Positions 49,008 to 62,143 of a stretch of 64,000 nucleotides of DNA are shown piece after piece. The notes beneath the pieces are model-generated. The model was given only the letters and a program-made list of their open reading frames with translations, was not told where the DNA came from and searched no databases. The stretch lies in assembly GCA_051362555.1 (NCBI GenBank), contig CM120648.1, forward strand, positions 8,366,587 to 8,430,586, in the 5' to 3' direction. The DNA is from Lingula anatina (lineage: Eukaryota; Animalia; Brachiopoda). Within the stretch, counting starts at the first letter, position 1, and every line of letters begins with the position of its first letter. A program made the translations under genes and the position numbers.

Positions 49008-49450
49008 TGATGATGATGCATCTCAGCCCTGTTTACACATGTACATAAAATCTAAAAATACGCATATAAATTAAAAACTAATATAAAAGTAATTTAACTA
49101 AAACTAATAGATACAAGTTAACCAAAATATTTTTGATATCATAAGGTTTTAAGATTTTCATTAAAGCAATGATAACAGTCATTTAAACACACATTTGATT
49201 TTTTCATAAAATTGGGCCATATAATAGGAGCAGCAGTCTCAATACTCTTGTGACCATGTTTTAAGAGTCTTTTTCGTATCATTTCGCTAAGTTGAAATTG
49301 ACCGCTGGATCTAAGGATTCTAATGGGAGTTAAACGTTATATTAAATTGCTTGTGTAAAATGGGCAGGTATATTCATTCTATTTGTTTACACTAAAACAG
49401 ACCAGTGTCACTTTGCAGATAAACAATGTACCTGTATACTGATATAGCCA
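48958..49450 (-). mobile_element. Decayed 3' end of an L2/CR1-like LINE with (TTA)n tail
   Basis: Minus-strand GHKSIETAAPIIW..ENLK resembles the GxRSF..AP..WN..FK..LK end of L2 ORF2, followed by an AT-rich UTR and a (TTA)n tail. Confidence 0.45.
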
Positions 49451-49604
49451 CTTGAATGAGTACTATACTGCAAGGAAAATATTTCTTTTTAAAATTTACA
49501 AAAAAGTATTCTGGCCCCTGCCTAAATATTTAATGTGTCTCGAAAGAACATGATGGGAATGCGTATTATATGTTGTATGGTATATTTTATTTGAAATGCA
49601 TGCA

Positions 49605-49717
49605 CAGGCCCGTAGCCGGGGGGGGGGGGGGGGGGGTCTAGGATATCTAACTTACCGCCCTTTTCGCCGAGAAAAAAAAGACCCCCCCTCCCTTGGAAAT
49701 TTCTGGCTAGGGGCCTG
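49605..49717. mobile_element. MITE (family of 6943-7103)
   Basis: caggcccgtagcc ... ggctaggggcctg. Confidence 0.65.
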
Positions 49718-51186
49718 TTAAGTATTTGGTCCGGATAGGATTCATGTAGCATGCTGTGTGTGTGTGTGTGTGTGTATGTGTGTGTGTGTGCTCGTTAACC
49801 CCTTATTGTTCTATCGACCTCCGTCAAGTACGGCTGATCTGTTTACTTTGTCATCATGTAACTGATAAACAGCATCGGTATAACGTCAAGTACCTCCTGT
49901 TTACTACTTGATTGGCATAGAAGCAGTTGGATTTCTCTCCCTCGCTTTCTCAATCTCTCTCTCTCTCTTGCATACTAATACACACGTGTAAGTACGCACA
50001 AACAATAATTCTAGTTGCTTTCTTGTTTTTTTCTTTTCTTTACAGCTGGTTCGATTCCCTGAACAAGAAGTTAATTTGGTGGGTTAATAAAACATGTATA
50101 GATAAAACTGGAATGAAACTTCAATTCATATTTTTTTTATTAAGTGGATCGAGCACTGTAGCCATCAATTTCAAAGGGGGTGGGGTGTGGGTGTTCTTTT
50201 CCAGACAAAGTGCCCCTTTTCCCACCTTAGTTGACAAAACTGACACACAAAATTGATCAAATTTGGACGTTGCGTGGATCTTTTCTAGTCGGAAAACGGT
50301 TGTTTAGCATGCCCCCCAGTCCCCTATTCTAGACTTTTTAAAAATATTAAAGTAACCGTCTCAAATATCTGCGTGATATTTAAATATGACAATGCGACAT
50401 TAAACGCTATTCAAACCAGATTTATTCAAGCTAAAAACCCGTATTATGGAAATGACATTATCATTTCAAACTGGCCACGCCATCGTAACCACGTGACAGC
50501 ACGCGCTTGTTTCACGTTTTCCTTGTGCAGTACACTGGAATAGTTCTACTTTGTCTCTGTGTGATACTTTTTTTTCTAAACATTTATTCAGACTACTTTC
50601 CCAGCAGTTTCCACCACAAAATGTTACATATATGGTGCATATAATCCATGTGCGAATGCAATTTGTATTCCAACTGGAATGGGGGTATTTTCGGCTGACT
50701 CCTATCCCGTCTTACTGGCGTTATCAGACATTTCGCCCTCTTAATGCTGTTGGCGTATATCATCTGCCTCAATTTACACACATTACTCGATTTACGGTGA
50801 ATAATATTTTTTCAACATGAAACAATCATTCAGGGAGGTATTGACCTGAGTATTTAGCGCACAGCTGTTTCACAAAAGGGCTTCAAACCAAAAGAAAGTT
50901 TGAAATTGTTTAAAGAAAGAAATCTTAAAAGTGGATATACCTGCACTTGTTCACTTTGGTCGATTATTTAACCCTTTTCCATTCTTTTGAATTAAAACGT
51001 TTGTTGAACTAAACCTGCGGCTCTAGTCGAAACTTATATTGAGTTAAATAATATGAAAAGCTAATTTACATGCGTGTGGCAAAAGGCTATAGCTAGTGGA
51101 AAACAACTGCTACTCCCGTCCATATTGTCATGCTGTCCTGTCAATGATGCAAAAATTCTTCCTGAATGACTGCCAGTACTTCAGGG

Positions 51187-54100
51187 TTATAGATGGGTGC
51201 TGTCTTGTAGAAGTCTACTAACTTGAGACAAGCTGGAATACAAATAATTAGATAAAAGAATGCAGTTTTTGCTCAATGCAATAAAGTCGACAAAATAAGA
51301 AAGGCGACAAAAATTGGGCTATGTGGTAAATTGGCAATAAAAACTGTGAAACTAAAAAGGGTTAATTTATTACGACGCCTTTGGTACAAAACATGCTTTG
51401 TGAATGTCTTTTGGAAACAAGTATTAACACATTATAAGTAAAGCATGATTTCTATTAAGATATATTTTTTTTGCGAAAATGTGTCGTTAACGATATCAAT
51501 ACCGCGAATTCACATGAGTTTACTATCGTGTGTCTGTCATTCTTACCGTCTGTATAACACTGACGCAATTATCACTATAACAAACATGAGAACAACTCCC
51601 GTTCCATATCCAGCAAAAATAAAGTGGAGTCCCACTGAAAATAGAAAATACAATCAGGCTCATGACGCTGAAAGATTTTACCTTGCAATTGGTTTTATTC
51701 TAACTGCTGAATAATTTGGGACTTACTTTATAATGTCGTCGGCGGGAATCAGAAACGGCTTTGACAAGGCAGCTGTTTAATTTATGTACAATGATAATTA
51801 CAAATCTGCAAACATGCTGCAATCTGTACGTAAAAAAACGCAACTATATCAACTGTTCATATTTTGCAGCTAAAGCGACGATCGATCATGAACATCGATT
51901 TTTATGAGAAGTTATTCAATAGGTTTTAAAATATATATATATCAAGGAGTAAAAAAAATCGATTTTGTTTGCGACCCTGATGAGGCCTCTGGGCCGAAAC
52001 AGCTGTAGGGCCTTATATTAATCAACATGGAGATAACAGATTAACTTTGTTCGTTTTCTTGTCTTTCTATATATGTTATTATTGTAGTTAAAACATATAT
52101 ACTTATATATAATTAACTTCAATACATATATATGTACTTTATTTAAGAAAAATGCATATGTGTACTATGTCTTCTTACATGGCTGTTCATCAAGAATTTC
52201 TTCCTGATGAATAGCGAGATGGCGGTAACCGTTCGGCTGTCCGGGCAACTTATGCGTGTCAGGTGTCGTTCCATCACCTTCAGGCTTTGTTGTAGTTGCA
52301 ACCAGAGCTGATGACGATGGTCCAATAGAGTTCTCCGGCGTCGCTCCACTAGATGCCGCTGTTTCATTGCCTGCAGATGGTGTTGACTGTTCACCCGGTG
52401 ACACTGATTGCTGTGGAGGGGTATTATTGGACGAACCCGTTGCCGTAGAAACCGTTTCCGTGGAAACATCCGGTGACACTGATTGCTGGGGAGTGGTCTT
52501 ATCGGACGAACCCGTTGCCGCAGAAACCGTTTCCGTGGTAACACCCGGTGACACTGATTGCTGTGGAGTGGTCTCACTGGATGAACCCGTTGCCGTAGAT
52601 ATTGTTTCTGTCGTTACATCACCGGGTTGCGTGCTGGCGTCATTTATTTCCGTAGTTTTTTCCGTAGTTGGGACTACTGTTGTCATAGCCGTGTTTTCCG
52701 TGGATGATGACATTGTCGCCGCAGTTTGCGTTGGACTTTCTATACCAGCGCTCATTGTCTGTGTAACCGTAGTTGCCTGTGAAGTTGTAGTTTCCTGCGT
52801 AGTTGTTGGAGTGGTCGATGTAGTTGTTGTAGTCGTTGTGGTGGAGGTTGTAGTGACGATAACTGAAAGTGATTTCGGAGACAAATTATAATGGAATGTT
52901 CTGGTGTCAGCACAATTCCTAACAATGCGACAGTAAAATGCCGAATTTCCCAGTGCAGCAGTCTTTATTTCTCTCAATTCTTGCGTTTGTTCAAATTAAC
53001 ATGTCCAAAATAATCATACTTATTTGAAGAAAATGTTAGACAAAGATTAAAGTTACAGAGACATTTGTTAAAATTAGTTGACAAAGATCATCCATTTACT
53101 TTAATTCTCCTGCAATACACCAAAAAGCTTTAAATGTACCCTGAGGACGTAACTTGGCTTAAGCCAGATAGATGGCATCAAGATACTAAATTCCCACTGA
53201 GTAAATGCAGTTTAACTATGAAGATTCATCTTATCACATCACTGTGTTGATCTTGTTTAAGAAATAAATAAATGAAACTAAAATCGCATGTGCAAAGATC
53301 AACTAAAGATTAGAGCGCTGAAGTTAGTGTCTAGTTTCTAGTTTCCAGTTTCGTTTTTCAAAAACGAACCTGGCAACCAGAAACTAGTGTCGTTTTTCAA
53401 AAACGAACCTGGCAACCAGAAACTAGTATCGTTTTTCAAAAACGATTCTGGCAACCAGAAACTAGTGTCTTTTTTCAAAAACGATTCTGAGAAGCCAGAA
53501 TCGTTTTTGCGGAGAGAAACAGGGGTGGGTAGAGGGAGAGGCAACCAGCGGTTAGCGTGTACCGCGATTAGGTAACCCTCACCACGAAAGCCGGGCAGGG
53601 TTTTACGGTCTCTCCTCGACGTGCGCTGAGACCGAGACGGTCGCCGATTATTGCCTACGGGGTACGGGCAACCCTCATCGCAGAAACTTGACAGGGTGTT
53701 TACAGTGTTACGGTCTTTCCTCGCCGCGCTGGGAGGCCGAGTTGACCGCCGCTACCAGTCACAGGCAGCCTGCACAGTGGTAGCCTGGAATGGAGTTTAA
53801 GTGGGGGTGGGGGTGGGGTAATAAGGGTGAGTTGAAGAGCGGGAAGGCCCCCCCGGGGCCTCCCTTTGTAGTTTGAATTGTAATTTTTAATTTTATTGAA
53901 TTTTTCAAAAACGACTCTGATGCCCAGAGACCAGTGTCGTTTTTTGAAAAACGATTCTGGCAACCAGAAACCAGTGTCGTTTTTCGAAAAACGACTCTGG
54001 CAACCAGAAACCAGTGTCGTTTTTCAAAAACGATTCTGAGAAGCCAGAATCGTTTTTGCGGAGAGAAACAGGGGAGGACGGAGGGAGAAGCAAGCAGCGG

Positions 54101-54320
54101 TGAGCGTATACCGCGACTAGGTAACCCTCACCGCGAAAGCCGGGCAGGGTTTTACGGTATCTCCTCGACGTGCGCTGAGACCGAGACCGTCGCCGATTAT
54201 TGCCTACGGGGTACGGGCAACTCTAATCGCAGAATATACCGCCTCTCTTACTCGTGTGGCCGCTGATCCGCATCAGCGCGCACAGGCAGCTTTCACCGCG
54301 TAGGTATTCAGGGAGTTACG

Positions 54321-54357
<37 letters not shown>

Positions 54358-57300
54358 TCTTATTATTATTAATTTTTTTTTTTTGCTACGCTCTTTCGAG
54401 ATGTCCGCCGATCGATGCCTATCGATGATGCGGTGAAGTTGATCTGTGCACCGCAGCTAGACATCGATCGGCGGACGTCTCGAGAGAGCGTATCACCTTG
54501 CCCAGATACACAGGGAGGTTTACCTGGTCGCGGTAGACACTAATGCATTGCCAGTTCCCTCTCCCTATGTCCACCCCTGTTTCTCTCAGCAAAAACGATT
54601 CTGGCTTCTCAGAATCGTTTTCAAAGAAAAAAAACGACAATGATTTCCGATTTCCAGAATCGTTTTTATTATTATTATTATTCAATAAAATTAAAAACTA
54701 TACCTCTAACTACAAAGAGTGAGCCTGAGGGCCCTTCCCCCTTTTTCCTCTCATCCGCCCACCGTTCACGGCTTACGCTATGAAGGCGGCCTGTTAAGGC
54801 GGCCGGTCATCTGGTCCTCACCGCACAACGAGAAAAAAAAGCGTAACTCCCTGAATACCTACGCTGTGAAAGCTGCCTGTGCGGCGCTGATGCAGTTCAG
54901 CGGCCACACGAGCGAGACAGGCGTTATATTCAGCACAGCTTCCTCGGTGAAGGCTACCTGTACGCTGTAGGCAATAATCGGCGACCGTCTCGGTCTCAGC
55001 GCATGTGGAGGAGAGACCGTAAGAGTTTGCCCAGCTTTCGCGGTGAGGGTTACCTAGTCGCGGTAAACGCTCGCCGCTGTATCTCTCCGCAAAAACATTT
55101 CTGGCTCCTCAGAACCGTTTTCGAAAAACGACACTAGTTTCTGGTTGCCAGAATCGTTTTTCAAAAAACGACACTGGTTTCTGGTTGCCAGAATCGTTTT
55201 TCAAAAAACGACACTGGTTTCTGGTTATCAGAACAGTTTTTGAAAACTTCAATTAAATTAAAAATCATACTTCAAACTATGAAGGGAGGTCCCGGGGGCC
55301 CCTTTCCCCTTTCCCCTCTTCAACCTCATCCTTATTCCCCCACCCCCACCCCCACTTAAACTCCATTCCCGGCTTCCACGGTGCAGGCTGCCTGTGACTG
55401 GTAGCGGTGGTCAACTCGGCCTCCCAGCGCGGCGAGGAAAGACCGTAACACTGTAAACACCCTGTCAAGCTTCTGCGATGAGGGTTGCCCGTACCCCGTA
55501 GGCAATAATCGGCGACCGTCTCGGTCTCAGCGCACGTCAAGGAGAGACCGTAAAACCCTGCCCGGCTTTCGTGGTGAGGGTTACCTAATCACGGTACACG
55601 CTAACCGCTGGTTGCCTCTCCCTCTACCCACCCCTGTTTCTCTCCGCAAAAGCGATTCTGGCTTCTCAGAATCGTTTTTGAAAAAACGACACTAGTTTCT
55701 GGTTGCCAGAATCGTTTTTCGAAAAACGACACTAGTTTCTGGATGCCAGAATCGTTTTTGAGAAACGACACTAGTTTCTGGTTGCCAGAATCGTTTTTGA
55801 AAAACGACACTAGTTTCTGGTTGCCAGGTTCGTTTTTGAAAAACGACACTGGTTTCTGGTTGCCAGGTTCGTTTTTGAAAAACGAAACTGGAAACTAGAA
55901 ACTAGACACTAACTTCAGCGCTCTCTAAAGATTGGTATAAAACTCCCGAGCTTTGGAAATATGTGATCTGCCGAAAGCTCGGGAGTTCTGCCCAAGTTTT
56001 AGTTGATATTTATAGATCCGTTTTAGCTTAATCTATTTAGAGTCTACTGTGAAACGAATTTAAAACTTAAATTGGCTATAGAAATGTCTTTTGAAAACGC
56101 ATACATGTATTCCCTATATAGAAGGCACACACAATATTTATGCGGACGTGGTCAAAATTATATAGAAGTAAATGAACGGGGACACGCGATGACGTACGTA
56201 TTTCTCAACACACTTCATAAACAATTGAAATCATATTGAGCAATCATATCACCTTTAATTAAATATTGAGATATGAGGGATAAACTTCAGCGGTGCACGT
56301 ACTATTAAGTACTTCATCAGTGTAAGTTGACCTGTGTTGCAGAGCATCCAGTTCAAATTTGTGTTTTTTGAAAGAAATAGTCAAATATGTAAAAAAAGAA
56401 ATTGGAAGATGAAAAGCACTTCCTACTTCAGTGCATTGGTGATAGAAGAAAAATATAAATTTTATAAAAGTTTTGTCCCCGAACTAATTAAATTATTTCT
56501 TCGGAATACATAACAAAAAAAAAACGTAAGACGGCTTGCTAAATTTTTAATTAAAACATATGATAAAAGACACTATAACATTCTATGTGGTTCTTTACAT
56601 TAGTAGATATCATCATTGATAGCAAGTAGACATGTTCAACAGTTAACCTTGTCTGTCATAAGTCAAAAACACAATGGACTTACGTATACACCTGCCGTCT
56701 GCTTTCTCGTACCCTGATTTGCAGCCCCTGCGATCACATCGATATGAGCCCACCATGTTCCTACATTTACCAGCACATCCTCCATTGCTCCTCGAACATT
56801 CATTATCATCTGTAAAAAAACGTGAACTGGACTTGTTAATATTAAGTCAGTGAAGCTGCTAAACGATAGTTAATTACCCCGTAACAGCTTCAGTAGGCGT
56901 GGCAGACATCAGAGCCGCTTAAGCTCAAAGCAATTTAGCCAGAAATCCCTCGGAGGTGGGTCGATCCTGCTAGATCGATGTAAGTGTGGGAACGGACTCT
57001 AATTTGATCGACGACAATGTATAAACTGCATTCTAATTGGTTGTGCATGGAAGAGAGTGAAAGGGCATCCTGCGTAGCTACTTACCTACACATACCGTCC
57101 GGACTCGCCTGTACCCCTCTGCACACCCCTTGGAGTCACACCGGTAACCCCCAACTGTGTTCCTACACGTGCCTGCGCAGCCGCCATTTTCAGTGTTACA
57201 CTCGTTTTTATCTGGCGTAGAAAAACATGGATAGATTTATAAGGGTGGTTTCTATAATATAATGCTTTTAAGAGATATCAGTATAACGTATTTTAAGTAG

Positions 57301-60300
57301 TGTATGTATTCATCTTGTAGTAGACCTTTGCATGATTGCATGTTGAAATTTATCGTGTAAAAAATCAATTCAGTTGTGAATAGTAATAAAAAACAAAACA
57401 ATTTAATTACAGGCAATTAAAAGTATTATTAAAGGGCAGTAGAAGAAAACCGACTTATGCCGATGTCGAGTACGCGAAAGTTTCCTGTGATACTGAGTCC
57501 AGGTTCCATTGACTTTTACAAGGAGAAACATGCCTAATATATTGCCCCACTTACGTCACGCTAAGCCTAACCTGTTTAAATGTAATGGAGGGGGGTTCTT
57601 TGTTTACGGGCCCGCAGTTGCTTTACACCGGAGAAAGTTATGTGTAATTACCATTGCATTTTTTTTCTGCGGAAGAGTAAACGTATCCTTTCCGGCACTT
57701 TTTGGTTGCGCATTCGTAAGAGCCATTAGTATTTTTACATAGATCCAAACATCCACCGTTCCCACGGAAACACTCGTCGAGGTCTGAAATAGCATGAATG
57801 ACATCGTAGCATATGTGATTGTTGAATAGTGTATGACATCATTTACAGCGCAGAAATAGGCCTACGAATATGTACATGTATACCAGTAAACACCCACACC
57901 TTTGCTACTCAAAGGTGTATCGCATTTAGAAATTATATAAGCCACATAAGTAATTAGTAATACTAATGAATAAACAAAAAGAGTAGCCTCCTGCACAATG
58001 TGCCTACATCCAAACACTCTGCAGTACTGGTACGTACATGTATAGGAGTTTGGTTAAATTAATTTGGTCGTCCTTAATTGGTTGAGTTGACGGTTAGGTT
58101 TACAAATGTATGTGTAAATCCGTCCTTTTGTATCACGCGTGGGTACATGTATGATACCATACAGTGGCGTAATTAATAATACAATTAATTACAAATGACC
58201 TTGCCATGTAAACATAGTGTATTAAAATCTCAGTTCGATTTTTTAATAAGTTTCGAAATACAGGTACAGTGGTACATGCATCGACGTGACACTGGCATCT
58301 GTGAATTAACGAAGTTTTTTGTATCAAAATCTTTTTCTTGTCAAGTTTCTTTTTCCTTTTTATCAATTTATCATCCACTGAACAAAGAATTACAGACGGC
58401 TGTGTGAACTAATGCAAAAACAAGTTTCATTTTCTCATTCACACGTACCGTACTGACACATGAACTTCCGCCTGCGTGAGTTCTTATCATCATCCCAGTA
58501 CCAGCTACTTCCGCCTGCAGTGGTCTCGATATGAGCACAGCACTGGCTTCTCACGTGATTATGGTTTTTCCAAACATCCCACTCACCCAAGGACGCACCT
58601 GTTGAAAAAAGTACATTTTGAAACAACATTATGTAACATATTTTATTTGCTAGTGTAAAATATTTAAGTAAAAAAAACAATGAAATGTATTTTGACAGCT
58701 TTTAATTACTTAATTTCCATTATGATAAGATACAAAATATTCAGTTCACTCTAAAGATCTCTCTGAATTTAACACATTATACGTCCAAGAGGTTTTCAAA
58801 ATATATAATTTTATGTTTATTTTATCTGTTCTCTCCATATTCCTTTACCATCTTTCGACTTGCCCTGTGTAATCTCGGATGCTGATGATTCATTGCAAAA
58901 TGTACTGATAAAGGCATTTATCAGTTTTAAATGCAATGCAGTATAGCCAAACTATATATACGTAAGTAAATGTACGTTTAAGTTATGTATAGTTTATAAA
59001 GCACACCTCATCTACCATAAGATGTAAAATTAAGCGTTTTTTAATGGAACCACTCTTCTCTAAAGTGTTTAAAGCGACAAATAATTAATAACGATAAATG
59101 AATAATCAGAAAAAACGAAACACAATTATAGTTGCATTTGTTTCTTTCGCTAGCAAATATATACCTACTGTATAGTGGAGATAAGAATGTACATCACTTT
59201 GAATTTACCAGCAAAATTACGATTCATTGACAGAAAAACTCAAGTGTGTGTAAAACGACAGATGATTTCCCATAATGCAAAGTTAATTGCAATCAAAAGA
59301 CTGGTTGTATCTTCGACAGGAACTGCTGTAACTGATTCTAAACCCAATTGAAAGAATAACGCGTGGTTTAAGGATCGTTACTCACAAACATTATCCCCGT
59401 CCAATATTAAAGACCCGTATCGATACCAACGCATCTTCTGTGTCCATCGATAATGTGTTGTTCGCGAGTCTTCACAACCTGCAGTTTTATCCACCAATGC
59501 AAATTCGCATTAAGGATTGTGGTAATTCATTTTAGCACGTTGATCTTTGATTAATATTGCGTTTACTGTTGGTGGATCCCGAGTTTTCTGTGACTTTTTT
59601 TGTTTACTACTGTACTTACAAGCAATATATCGCACCCCCGTCTGTATCTAACACCGGCCGATAATGGTCGAAACTGATAGAAATCGGAGTAAATTCACAG
59701 TCTGTGACCTGAGAGCGTGTGAAACATACGTATGCAGACAGAGTTACTTATTTTATGGACTTCAATGCGTTGCTACATCGTCCGAGTCATTCTCAGAACA
59801 GCACTCTCCAAACACCTTGATGTACACGGTCCTTATATCATTTATGTTTTACACATTGAGTATACGATTATAAAAAACCAAAGACAATTCAGTTCCTCTA
59901 ATAGGCATGCCTCTGATACATTTCATACAATGGGCCGCCTTATTGGCCAGTCTGTAGTTAAAACCAATACCACGTTGTCGACATCATATGAACTTTTAGA
60001 ATATTTCAGTCCTTAAGACTGGCTATACCCCCCCTCCTCCCCCCCCCCCCCCCCCACAAACACACACCCAACATAACCAGAAATTACCCAGAGCAACTTA
60101 TTCAGATTAATATTAATACCGTACCTGAAACCCATGTCCAGTTATGTCCTCCTTGGCCGGTACTGTGTAAACCAAACCAAACTCCCCCCGACAAGTCTTC
60201 ATTCTTAAACATGTCCATCACTGCGTTCCATTTGACCTCCGTGTCCAGGACGGCCAGAGTTCCGTGCCCTTGCTCCAAACAGTCGTCTCTGGCGCCAATC

Positions 60301-60512
60301 CAGGTTTTGTAGTCTCTTGAAACGAATTCATAACAATAGCCCAAGTCGAAATTATTCCTTATAATTGTCCGATGTCCTGCAACGACCCTCCGCGGGCATC
60401 CAACTCCGTCCACTCCATGAGTAATACATGTAACTACAACGAGGAAGATTTTAATTAATATAGAAGATGTTCTGGACTGGGCAGGAATAAAGTGTAATAA
60501 ATGTGACCCCAT
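51187..60512 (-). CDS. Type I membrane CTLD-EGF(Ca)x2-mucin-TM protein, 7 exons, ~535 aa
   Basis: Exons 60512-60125 (signal, CTLD-a, WFGL), 58598-58449 (CTLD-b), 57211-57086 and 56809-56684 (paired 126-nt cbEGF exons DKNEC../DDNEC..), 52862-52179 (mucin with 25-aa repeats), 51634-51547 (TM) and 51232-51187 ([15 protein letters not shown]; last exon less certain). Confidence 0.83.
51973..52011 (+). ncRNA. Minimal type I hammerhead ribozyme motif (Penelope-like element type)
   Basis: CTGATGA (51977-83), stem II GGCC-tctg-GGCC, GAAA-C, palindromic loop AGCT, GTA cleavage triplet (52005-07); stem I GACC/GGGC with one mismatch. Confidence 0.72.
53312..55924. mobile_element. Foldback (Mutator/MULE-type) non-autonomous element, 2613 bp
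   Basis: Perfect 9-bp TSD CTAAAGATT (53303-53311 and 55925-55933); ends agagcgctgaagttagtgtctagtttctag are exact inverted copies; ~1-kb inverted arms with 39-bp subrepeats; no transposase ORF. Confidence 0.9.
56850..57000. mobile_element. Harbinger-like MITE remnant between the two EGF exons
   Basis: ttaattaccccgtaacagcttcagtaggcg core shared with 1165-1390 and 23810-24045. Confidence 0.55.
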
Positions 60513-62143
60513 CTTAAAGATCCAATGAAAGCAAAAATAATCTAATATAATTTATAAAACATAAAAATACATGTAAAATGATAATATATACAATATATAT
60601 TATTTAAGTCGTCGAAGCCATTTTCCCAGATTTTTTATTCTGTAGCTTGGCATGAGGTTCATGGCTGATTTCACGAAATCAAAAACTATGGTACTGCTAT
60701 TCGTGTTTCACGTTTCCACTTACCCTCAAGAACAAAATAATAAACAAGCAAATGCTAAATAATATTGGAACATACTGTTTGAGTTTTGTCAAACTGTACT
60801 TCACAAGTGCTCTTACCTTGAAGGACAATCACCAGAAGCCATCGACCAGATATGGTCTGGACGCGTTTCCCATGCGTCCATTGGTACCCCATGCCGTTCT
60901 CCCGTTTTCAAACGCCTTTTGCCATGGGGACTACTTTACTAATGAGGATTGCAGTGGAAATAGGTGCGTGCTAAGAAATATTACTATCAAATTAAATTAT
61001 GCTGGTAGTGTGTGTGTCATTACTCGGCTACTTCCTCCGCATTCTACCGCCTTTATGATATGGCGGTATTTGCGTACGCTGAGATGTGCATATAATGACC
61101 TAAGAGGTCAAAGGTTGCGGCATAAATACTTATTGATGTACATAGGTTAATTTGACAGTTTAAATCATGGCAGTTTTCAGTAAAAGTCACAGGTCTATTT
61201 ATTAGACACGAAGTCATGTTTAACTAATGTTTTATATTGTATTGTGTTGGGTGTGCCGTAATAATTAGACTGTGAATGGATCATTAAAGTACAGACCACC
61301 AAGGAGTTCGGTTATTTGCAAACTTTTTTTTGTGAAGAGGTTGTTTATAAAATAAGCAAATGAGACAAAAGGTTTAAGGAGCCGTGGTGTTCAAAACACT
61401 AGAATCGATTACCGCTGGCGGTTTTGGGGGTTTTAAAAGTGAGGATGTCCTTCTTCAGGATGAGTGTGCGTTTACAATACTACACCTGCATGTAGATTGT
61501 TTATTTTTTTTATTATTTATTGATTACCAACAGAAGAGACTGCAATAAACGAATATATACTTAATACAGGTGACATCAGTTTCAATAAACGAAAATGTTA
61601 TTGAAACAAAACATGTTTATGAAGAAGATTTGGCGTTTAAAACATTTTTAGTGTGTTGATATTTCCAAAGCAACTATAGGCCACATTTACGTCTCCGACC
61701 TCACGAAGGAGAAGTCTATTATTCAAATGGAAAACAATTTACAAATATGCCATTGTTGTGTGTAAAAACCCCACATTCTTCTATTACTACATATTAAGTA
61801 AGTGTAGCAGAGAAACCGGTCTAATATGACCGGATGTTGTACTGGCAATTATACAGTATATTCGTGTAAACGGGGACGAACTGTAGACAAGATCCAGTTG
61901 CAGCATGCTGCACTTTACATCATTCTTCCACGAGCCAGCTACTTTTAGTTCTACATCGTTTCCACCACATATACGATATATGCATATCCTCGCAGTATAT
62001 GCTGCTTCTTATTTTGTACAGTAGTTAAGTATCAGAAACCATCTAAAATTTCAACTGAATAAAATATATTGATTCCAAATGGCACAAAAAGCATCCAATG
62101 GTCCAAAAAAAAAAAATTACCGCTTTTTTCTGGATATATGCTT

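Noticed and set aside
53338-55849. Short ORFs and CRISPR-like 39-bp palindromic repeats within the foldback element
   Set aside because: The ORFs are translations of the 39-bp unit (13-aa period); the repeats are contiguous without spacers; no transposase motifs.
60752-61150. 132-aa + strand ORF upstream of the CTLD-EGF gene
   Set aside because: No recognisable domain or splice context; probably promoter or intergenic sequence.
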